In this document: in pieces, positions 57,304-64,000 of the stretch | Numbering within the stretch: position 1 is the first letter of the stretch | How the letters are laid out: each line of letters begins with the position of its first letter | Source of the DNA: an uncultured Rhodothermales bacterium | GTDB lineage: Bacteria > Bacteroidota > Rhodothermia > Rhodothermales > Rubricoccaceae | Length of the DNA stretch: 64,000 bases | Direction of reading: 5' to 3' | NCBI GenBank assembly: GCA_964414235.1 | Contig: CAYPVZ010000001.1 | Span: 3,317 to 67,316 of the forward strand | Notes under the pieces: generated by a model | What the model saw: only the letters and a program-made list of their open reading frames with translations | Told to the model about the DNA's origin: nothing | Database searches by the model: none | Program-made: the position numbers and the translations under genes

Positions 57304-60300
57304 CTAGGCGGCCCGACGCAGCACGCCTCTCCCCTCTCCACCTCGGATCTCCACGACGGGCCGGTGCTCGGTCACGGCCTGCAGGACGCTGGCCGCGCGC
57401 TCCCCGGTGGGGACGAAGAAGCGGGTGCGGAAGGCGTGGACCTCGGCGAAGACCCCGTCGGCCTCCAGTTCGCGCAGGGCGGAGTAGTCCGGCCCCACAA
57501 GCTCGATCCGGGGCTCGTTCGCCACGCGGCGACGGCGGAGCTGCCAGCCGTTGGCGAGGTCGGCCTCGGCGCCGGCCAGCAGCCGCTCCGCCAGCGCCCC
57601 GGGCGTGATGTCCACGCGGTCGCCCGCGGCTCCCAGCGCCTTGAGCGTCGCGCTCAGGTGCTCCGGCATGACGGCCCGGCCGATCATGCGCTCGCCGCTG
57701 TCGGTTTGCGCTCGGTAGATGCGAGGGTGCCCGGCGATCCGGTCCCAGATGGGCAGGATGGTCCCGGTCACGAGGTGGACGGGCTCGGTCGTGAACTCGG
57801 GCGCGGCGTCGACGCCAGAGGCCCAGAGCGTCCGGGCCTCCTCGGTGGGAATGGGCTGGTGGCCTGCCCCCTCCCCTGGCTTGTTCAGTTCGGTCTCGTC
57901 CATCAGCCGGTTCGAGCGGACGCCGACCCGCCGCAGACGGCTCACGACGCGGCCGGTCTCCGTGGTCCGGCTCCCGGCGCGGAAGAGCGCGTAGGGCTGC
58001 CCGCTCCTCCGGTTGACCACGAACCCCACCCAAGACCCCAGCGCCTGCGCCTCCTTGGCCCAGCGCCAGATCTCGGTCCAGTCCACGATCTCCGTCCGCC
58101 GCGTGAGCTCGAGCGTCACGACCTGCGTCGTCGCCCCCGAGCGCGGGTGCGTGTAGACGAGCCGCTCGTCGGTCTTGACGGTGCGCTCCGCCTGGATCGT
58201 CTCGACGCCCACGTCGAGCGTGCCCGCCTCCCGGGCCGCCTCGGTCGCCTCCTCGAGGTAGCCGTACCACGAGTCGAAGACGGCGTCCATGTCGCCCGTC
58301 CGGAGAGACAAGAGCCGGTTCAGGAACTTCGGGACATCGGGGACGGCGCCCACATTCAGTTGCCCGTCCTGGTCCAAGACTTTGATCCCCATCTGCTCCT
58401 CTACGAGCGAGGGCGTGACGCCCGCTGCCACGGCCCGGCCCTTGCCGCGATAGAGGTCCACGAACCAGTTGTGCAAGCTGGCCCGCGCGAGCGGCGTCTC
58501 CAGGTTGAACTCCGACGAGAGGAGGCCCTGGCTCGCCGTCTGGCGCTGGCCCTTCGTGAGCGCACCGAGTTGATCCAACCGCCGCGCGATGGTCGACAGG
58601 AAGCGGCGCTGGGCCTTGAGGTTCGTGGTCACGAGCACCAACTCAGGCGGGCACGCCTGGTTGGCCCGGTGGACGCGGCCCATGCCCTGCACGCACCGGG
58701 CACTGCTCCAGCCCGGCTCGACGCAGTAGAGCACACGCCGCTGCTGGTTGTCGGCCGCGAGGTCCGCGTGGTAGCTCCGGCCGGTCCCCCCGGCCTGGCT
58801 GAAGACGAGGACGCGGCGATTCCCGGCCATGAACTCGTCCGCCTCGGCGTTGCACGTCCTCCGCGTCCGGCGCTCCTCCACGACCTGCTCGATGCCATCG
58901 ACGGTCTTGGTGACGAACCGCCGTCCTCGGCCCGTCACCTCGGCCACGGCGTCCGGTCCGAAGTGGGCCACGACCTGGTCGAGCACACCATGCGGCACGG
59001 ACACCGCCCCCACCTCCAACATCAGCCTGTTGCGTGCGGCCACGGCCTCTGGCGACTGGACAAAGTCTCCCGCCGCGTTCTTGACGGGGCGGGAGCGCAC
59101 TCGTCCCTCATCGTCGAGGTACTCCTCGTAGAGCGTGGTCGGGAAGCTGGCCTCGACGAACTGCAGGAGCTGGTCGCGGGGCGTCACGTCGAGGTCCCGT
59201 AGATCTTCACCATTCGCCACCGCCTTGGCGTAGGCCCGCTCGGTCGCCGCCTCCATCGTGGACACGAGTTGCACGACGCAGGATTCGCCCGCGGCCAGCC
59301 GCGCTTCCATGTCGCGGATGAGGCTTGGCGCGCTCATGGATACGAGCACGTGGAGGAAGAACCGCTGGTGGGCGCCCCAGAACTGGCTGTAGGCCGCGGC
59401 CCGCGCCCGGCCGCACTTGTCGGCCTTCGTGACCTCGAGCGCGCTCTGGATGTTGCGGAGCACGACCTGCCAGGCTTCGGCGCAGCGGTCGTAGGTCTGG
59501 GCCTGGTACGGCTCCAGGTCGTGGACGAGCGTCCGGTAGTCGACGCCGTCGTAGGAGACGGACCGCGCGAGGTAGAGCCCCATCGACTTCAGGTCTTTCG
59601 CGACCAACTCCATCGCCGCGATCCCGCCAGCGGAGACTTTCTCGACGAACGCCTCGACCGTCGGGAACGGGGTGCCCCGGCCCCAGAGCCCGAGGCGGGC
59701 GGCGTAGGCGAGGTTGGCCACCTCCGTGGCGCCGGTCGCGCTGGCGTAGACAATGCGGGCGTTGGGGAGTCGGTCTTGCAACTCGACGCCGATGAGTGCT
59801 CGCTGGGACGCTTTCCTGATCCCGCGTGAGCCCTGAATGTCTAGGGCTGAAGCCATCCCATGCGACTCGTCAAAGATGATGACACCGTCGAACTCGGACT
59901 CATCTCCTCCACCCGAGAGCCAGGCGACGACCTGCTCCAGCCGGTCGATGCCGGACTGCCGGCGGCCGCTGCCGGCCGCGCCGTCGCGTTCGCGGGGCTT
60001 GCCCTTGAGCGTGTCGTAGCTCGCGAAGCAGATGCCTTCGGCGTGCTGGATCGGCCCCTTGCAGGCTCCGAGGTCGAACACGAAGTCCGCTGGGCCGCCG
60101 AGCGCCGTCCAGTCGCGGACGGCGTCGCGCATGAGGTTGCGGTTTTCGGACACCCAGAGCGCGCGTCGGCGTCCCTGGAGGATGTTGTCCAGGATGATCG
60201 CGGCACTCTGCCTACCCTTGCCGACGCCGGTCCCGTCACCGAGGAAGAACCCCTGTCGCGGTCCAGCCTCCTCCCCGCTGCCCGGAAGGTGCTCGGCGTG

Positions 60301-60747
60301 CGCCGCGCCCGCGCGCGCCACGGTTTCGAGCTGCGCGTCCGAGAGGATGCCCTGAGCCACGAGGTGCTCGGGCAGCGTCGGGCGGTAGTCGCTCGGTGGC
60401 GCGTTGGCCGCCGCCATCGCGGCCGACTCGACGAGGCGCGTCGGGTGGGGGCACGCGCCCGGGACCCAGATGCCGGGGTGGTAGGAATCGAACACGGATG
60501 CTGTGAGCACGCCTGCCTCGGTGCCGAGGTGGACCGTCTCGACCGCCAGAGGCCGGGTGTCTGCGAAGGGCCACTCCGGCGCGACGTCGCGCGGAGGGAC
60601 GGATCCGCGCCGTGAATCCACCGCCGCCCTCGGGCGCGGTGTCGAGGCGCCCCCCTCGATGCGGGGTGCGAGGAGGGCGAAGAGATCGAGTTGTTCGACC
60701 GGGGATGCTGCCGCGCGTGTTGCGACGTGAGAAGCGGAGGGAGCCAC
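57304..60747 (-). CDS. Strawberry-notch family helicase-like protein
   Basis: LSDAQLETV, GFFLGDGTGVGKGRQ, IIFDESH, YASATGA, AGGTGRSYHAD, QGMGRVHRANQ; no N-terminal methyltransferase seen. Confidence 0.9.
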   Translation of the reverse strand: MAPSASHVATRAAASPVEQLDLFALLAPRIEGGASTPRPRAAVDSRRGSVPPRDVAPEWPFADTRPLAVETVHLGTEAGVLTASVFDSYHPGIWVPGACPHPTRLVESAAMAAANAPPSDYRPTLPEHLVAQGILSDAQLETVARAGAAHAEHLPGSGEEAGPRQGFFLGDGTGVGKGRQSAAIILDNILQGRRRALWVSENRNLMRDAVRDWTALGGPADFVFDLGACKGPIQHAEGICFASYDTLKGKPRERDGAAGSGRRQSGIDRLEQVVAWLSGGGDESEFDGVIIFDESHGMASALDIQGSRGIRKASQRALIGVELQDRLPNARIVYASATGATEVANLAYAARLGLWGRGTPFPTVEAFVEKVSAGGIAAMELVAKDLKSMGLYLARSVSYDGVDYRTLVHDLEPYQAQTYDRCAEAWQVVLRNIQSALEVTKADKCGRARAAAYSQFWGAHQRFFLHVLVSMSAPSLIRDMEARLAAGESCVVQLVSTMEAATERAYAKAVANGEDLRDLDVTPRDQLLQFVEASFPTTLYEEYLDDEGRVRSRPVKNAAGDFVQSPEAVAARNRLMLEVGAVSVPHGVLDQVVAHFGPDAVAEVTGRGRRFVTKTVDGIEQVVEERRTRRTCNAEADEFMAGNRRVLVFSQAGGTGRSYHADLAADNQQRRVLYCVEPGWSSARCVQGMGRVHRANQACPPELVLVTTNLKAQRRFLSTIARRLDQLGALTKGQRQTASQGLLSSEFNLETPLARASLHNWFVDLYRGKGRAVAAGVTPSLVEEQMGIKVLDQDGQLNVGAVPDVPKFLNRLLSLRTGDMDAVFDSWYGYLEEATEAAREAGTLDVGVETIQAERTVKTDERLVYTHPRSGATTQVVTLELTRRTEIVDWTEIWRWAKEAQALGSWVGFVVNRRSGQPYALFRAGSRTTETGRVVSRLRRVGVRSNRLMDETELNKPGEGAGHQPIPTEEARTLWASGVDAAPEFTTEPVHLVTGTILPIWDRIAGHPRIYRAQTDSGERMIGRAVMPEHLSATLKALGAAGDRVDITPGALAERLLAGAEADLANGWQLRRRRVANEPRIELVGPDYSALRELEADGVFAEVHAFRTRFFVPTGERAASVLQAVTEHRPVVEIRGGEGRGVLRRAA

Positions 60748-60941
60748 GGGATTTCCGGCTGGCTTTGAGTGCGGAGCCGCGTCCCAGGGACGCTCCCCGG
60801 TGGGCTCCGGCCCGCCGCGTTGACGGGCTCGCCCATCGGCCCGGCATCGCGGCGGGCCGCACGCATCTCACCGCCCCTCTCACGGCTCGCGTTCTTTCAC
60901 ATAGCGGTGCCTTTCCTTTCGATCCGCCGGAGCACCCCTTT

Positions 60942-62033
60942 TCAGTTCGCCGCGACGAGGGCAGGCGATGGCACGTCGGACCGGCGCGGCGCGAGGCGGC
61001 GACGGACCCACAGGGACGGCCGCTCGACGGCTGCGTAGAACCCAGCCCCGACGAGGCCGATCAGGACGAGCGCCAGCCCGACGTGGAGCGCAGCGGGGAC
61101 GCCGGGGAGGGCCTCCATGACGAGGCGCCGGTAGGCGTCGGCGGCGACCATGTGCGTCATGTAGACGCTGTACGATGTGAGCGCGACGGCCCGGACCGCG
61201 CGGCTCGACGCGAACGGAAGCGGCTTCCGGTCGGCCGTGGCGACGACGAGGGCGACGAAGGCTATGGCCACCCCGGTGTAGGCGTACCGGTTGAGGACGT
61301 CGAGCGGGAGCCACGGGACCGAGGCCACGAACGCGAGGCCCGGGAGCACGAGCAAGCGGCCGACGCGGCGGAGGGCGGGCCACAGGTCGGGGCGGCACGC
61401 GTAGATCCACGCCGAGGCCACGCCGAGCGCGAGCCCTTCGAGGCGCATGTGGGTGTCCGTGTACTGGGGGCCCCACGGGTCGGCGCCGTCGGGGACGGTC
61501 AGGACGCGGGCGGCGAGCGAGAGCAGGGCCGCGGCGCCGAGGGCGAGCGGGACGCCGCCGCGGACGCGGAGGGCGAGCCCGAGGACGACGGGGAGCGCGA
61601 GGTAGAAGTGCTCCTCGACGCAGAGCGACCAGCTCACGCCCCAGTACGGCATCCCGGTGTAGTTCTGGACGAACATGAGGTACCGCCAGTCGAACGGGTC
61701 GGGGTCAGCAGTGACCACGTTGCGGACGCCCCAGACGACGACGAGCGCGACGAGGTAGGGCGGGATGGTGCGGAGCCAACGTCGCGCCCAGAACCGGCCC
61801 ACCTCAATGTCGCCGTGCCGGTTCAACTCCCGCCAGTAAAGCCCGCCGATGAGCCACCCCGAGAGCACGAAGAAGAGGTCGACGCCCACCCACCCCGACT
61901 CGAAGACGTGGTTCATCGTGGGTCCGGCGTCGATGACGCGCTCGCCGACGAGGTTGACGGGCACGACGAGCGCGATCGCGATCGCACGGAGCAGGTCGAG
62001 GTTGGCGACGCGCGAGGCGGGGGCGGCGTCCAT
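60942..62033 (-). CDS. Acyltransferase family 3 (OafA-like)
   Basis: LDLLRAIA, GVDLFFVLSGWLI, RRWLR, WSLCVEEHFY, SYSVYMTH, VERP. Confidence 0.92.
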   Translation of the reverse strand: MDAAPASRVANLDLLRAIAIALVVPVNLVGERVIDAGPTMNHVFESGWVGVDLFFVLSGWLIGGLYWRELNRHGDIEVGRFWARRWLRTIPPYLVALVVVWGVRNVVTADPDPFDWRYLMFVQNYTGMPYWGVSWSLCVEEHFYLALPVVLGLALRVRGGVPLALGAAALLSLAARVLTVPDGADPWGPQYTDTHMRLEGLALGVASAWIYACRPDLWPALRRVGRLLVLPGLAFVASVPWLPLDVLNRYAYTGVAIAFVALVVATADRKPLPFASSRAVRAVALTSYSVYMTHMVAADAYRRLVMEALPGVPAALHVGLALVLIGLVGAGFYAAVERPSLWVRRRLAPRRSDVPSPALVAAN

Positions 62034-62106
62034 GCGCGGTCCGGGGGGAGCGCGGAAGGTGACCGCGCCCTCCTGTCCCGAACCTGTGCGCCGCCTTAAA
62101 TCCTTA

Positions 62107-62535
62107 TCAGGTAGCCGGATCGGGGCGCTGCGCGGCCCACGCGGCCAGGGCGGGCAGGACCGTCACCTGGGCGATGGGGAGCAGGCCGACGTCGTGCCCC
62201 GCCACCCGGACGGTCGGCATCCGGTCGGTGTAGGACCACATGTCGAGGCGCTGCGCGGCCCACTCGAGCCCCACGGCGGCCACGAACCCGACGCCCAGGA
62301 GCGCGGCGGTGCCTGTAGGCGTGAGGCGCCGGACGGGCTCGCGGCCGACGAGGTGCTCGGCGACGGCGGCCACCCCGAGGTTGATGGCGACGTCGCCGGC
62401 GGTGGCCGCGAGCATGAGCGCGTCGTGCTTGGGCTTCGGCAGGCCCGTCATGTCGTAGTACGGGGGGCACTGGGCGTATTCCCACGCGCCGTGGAGGGCG
62501 GCGGACCAGAGGGCGAAGCGGGTGCGTCGTTTCAT
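62107..62535 (-). CDS. Small membrane protein
   Basis: Hydrophobic helices; WEYAQ, ATAGD, WSYTDRMP, GLLPIAQ; ATG at 62535 overlaps upstream stop. Confidence 0.65.
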   Translation of the reverse strand: MKRRTRFALWSAALHGAWEYAQCPPYYDMTGLPKPKHDALMLAATAGDVAINLGVAAVAEHLVGREPVRRLTPTGTAALLGVGFVAAVGLEWAAQRLDMWSYTDRMPTVRVAGHDVGLLPIAQVTVLPALAAWAAQRPDPAT

Positions 62536-63200
62536 CGGGACGGGGGTGCGCCGGCGCCGAGGGTCGCGGCGCCGAAGTAGAAGGAGCGGTCGGTGTCGAG
62601 CGGCGCGTGCCGGTGGAGGACGGGCCGGAGGTCGCGGCGGGCCATCTCCCACGTCTCCCCGAGTGGCTCCACGAGCGCGAAGGCCGCCGTCTGGACGAGA
62701 GCGGGCCAGACGCGGGGGATGCGGAAGTCGAGCACGGCGACCCGTCCCGGGGGCGCTAGGGCGACGGCGGCGCGCGCGACGACGGCCTCGGGGTCCGGCA
62801 TCATCGAGAGCGAGAACATCGCCAAGACGCGGTCGGGCGTGCCGAGGTCGGCCGAGAGCGCGTCGGCCTGGACGAGCTCGACCTGGGGGAGGTGTCGCGT
62901 CCGCAGACGGGCGCGGTCGAGGGCGCCCGTCGACACGTCGAGGCCGACGACGCGGCCCTCCTCCCCTACGGCGCGAGCCAGGAGCGGGAGGTTGCGGCCG
63001 GTCCCGCAGCCGATGTCGAGGACGGTGTCTCCGGGGCGGACATGGAGGGCCTCGATGGCGGCGCGCCGGTAGGCGCCGGCGCGGAAGCCAACGAGTGGGA
63101 AGGCCGAGAGCGCGAGGTCGTAGCCGCGTGCGGTGCGGTCATAGACCGAGCGGACGCGGTCGGTCCAGCCCTCGTGCGAACCGGGAGCTGGGTCAGGCAT
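62532..63200 (-). CDS. Class I SAM-dependent methyltransferase
   Basis: VLDIGCGTG, VVGLDVS, QADA, PPGRVAVLDF. Confidence 0.88.
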   Translation of the reverse strand: MPDPAPGSHEGWTDRVRSVYDRTARGYDLALSAFPLVGFRAGAYRRAAIEALHVRPGDTVLDIGCGTGRNLPLLARAVGEEGRVVGLDVSTGALDRARLRTRHLPQVELVQADALSADLGTPDRVLAMFSLSMMPDPEAVVARAAVALAPPGRVAVLDFRIPRVWPALVQTAAFALVEPLGETWEMARRDLRPVLHRHAPLDTDRSFYFGAATLGAGAPPSR

Positions 63201-63423
63201 CGCTAGGGAACGTGTCGGAAACGGTCGCGGCGAGGAAGCCGCGCTCGCGTTCGAGGTCGGTGATCTGACCGTCGAGCGCGTCGATGCGCGCGAGCGCGAG
63301 ACGGCGGACGGCGTCGGTGACGTCGCCGAGCGGCGCCCGGTCCAGGCCCTCGGGCACGGGCAGCCCGAGGGTCCGGGCCGCCGCGAGGAGACGGTCACGG
63401 GGGTTCTTGGGGTCAGCCGCCAC
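63193..63423 (-). CDS. Small coiled-coil protein resembling a MerR-type dimerisation helix (no HTH)
   Basis: ARTLGL...VRRLALARIDALDGQITDLERERGFL; GTG at 63423. Confidence 0.4.
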   Translation of the reverse strand: MAADPKNPRDRLLAAARTLGLPVPEGLDRAPLGDVTDAVRRLALARIDALDGQITDLERERGFLAATVSDTFPSDA

Positions 63424-63427
63424 CGGT

Positions 63428-63862
63428 CTACGAGACGACGGCGATGGTGCCGCGCTGCATGTCCATGCCGCAGACGAAGTCGACCTCGCCGGCCTCACTG
63501 GGCGTGAACTCGACGGCGACCGCCTCGCCGAGCGGCAGCGGCGTCGCGGCGACGTCGTAGTCCGGGATCGTGATCTCCGACGAGCACGCGTCGTCGACCG
63601 TGCGCGTGATGACGAACCGGGCGGGCACGCCGGCCTGGAGCTGGATCTGGCGGGGCTGGAAGCCCATCGAGCCCGCCTCGATGGCGACGACCTGGACGCC
63701 GTCGATCATCTCCGGCGTGACGGGGCCCGAGGACGCGGCGGTCTCGTGGGCCGCGGTGTGCGGGGTCGCTTGGGCGGGCGCGGGGTCAACGGCCGAGGGG
63801 TCGCCGCCGCACGCGGCGAGAGTGAGCGGAGCGGCGAGCAGCAGGGGGAGGAAGCGGTTCAT
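63428..63862 (-). CDS. Cupredoxin-domain lipoprotein
   Basis: Lipobox LAAC; GFQPRQIQLQAGVP, ACSSEI, FVCGMDMQRGTI. Confidence 0.82.
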   Translation of the reverse strand: MNRFLPLLLAAPLTLAACGGDPSAVDPAPAQATPHTAAHETAASSGPVTPEMIDGVQVVAIEAGSMGFQPRQIQLQAGVPARFVITRTVDDACSSEITIPDYDVAATPLPLGEAVAVEFTPSEAGEVDFVCGMDMQRGTIAVVS

Positions 63863-63889
63863 GGGTGGAGGAGGGTGTGAAACGAGTGG

Positions 63890-64000
63890 TTACGAGTTGG
63901 AAGGGGCCTCAGCGAGCAGGCCCTGGAGCAGCGGCCGGAGTTGCTCCTGCGAGGTCAGGCCGCGCAGGCGGTACCGGACGACGCCGGCGCGGTCGATGAG
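63890..64000 (-). CDS. C-terminal end of a TlpA/thioredoxin-like protein (truncated by window edge)
   Basis: Minus-strand translation LIDRAGVVRYRLRGLTSQEQLRPLLQGLL...*. Confidence 0.55.
   Translation of the reverse strand, partial: LIDRAGVVRYRLRGLTSQEQLRPLLQGLLAEAPSNS

Noticed and set aside
60942..64000. Right-end cluster as a novel system
   Set aside because: Ordinary accessory genes (acyltransferase, methyltransferase, cupredoxin, TlpA-like) and truncated by the window edge

Overview
High-GC (about 70% by eye) plasmid DNA. T9SS-type C-terminal sorting domains and a strongly over-represented CGCCAGAGGC motif suggest a Rhodothermota (Rubrivirga/Rubricoccus-like) host; this is inference. From left to right: (1) umuDC; (2) a type Ib-like partition cassette (parA, RHH adaptor, repeat centromere) translationally coupled to a 1439-aa NACHT-nuclease; (3) replicon 1 (Rep, alternating 22-bp-period iterons, DnaA boxes); (4) an ~18-kb minus-strand run headed by a tyrosine recombinase, encoding a YdjM-like hydrolase/membrane-fusion hybrid, a TolC-like protein, a membrane-anchored ATPase, two repeat-rich peptide-like proteins (one ending in GG plus a 6-Cys core), two T9SS-tagged endonuclease I proteins, an ABC exporter and HlyD; (5) replicon 2 (RepA_C-type Rep, different iterons, DnaA box), an XRE regulator, an apparently catalytically dead IS200 TnpA and a second recombinase; (6) a defence-like block (two tandem nuclease-like proteins both ending in SEC-C, a Sir2 + middle component + SMC-like ABC-ATPase Lamassu/ABC-3C-type system, a MmeI-like remnant, and a nitrilase-fold + wHTH pair); (7) a leading-region-like block (radC, DUF6166-like, strawberry-notch, folded ssDNA-promoter-like spacers) interrupted by an Mrr-NACHT gene; (8) the edge of a metal/redox cluster. 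No rRNA, tRNA, CRISPR, relaxase or T4SS seen. All family calls come from motif recognition by eye; no database searches were run.
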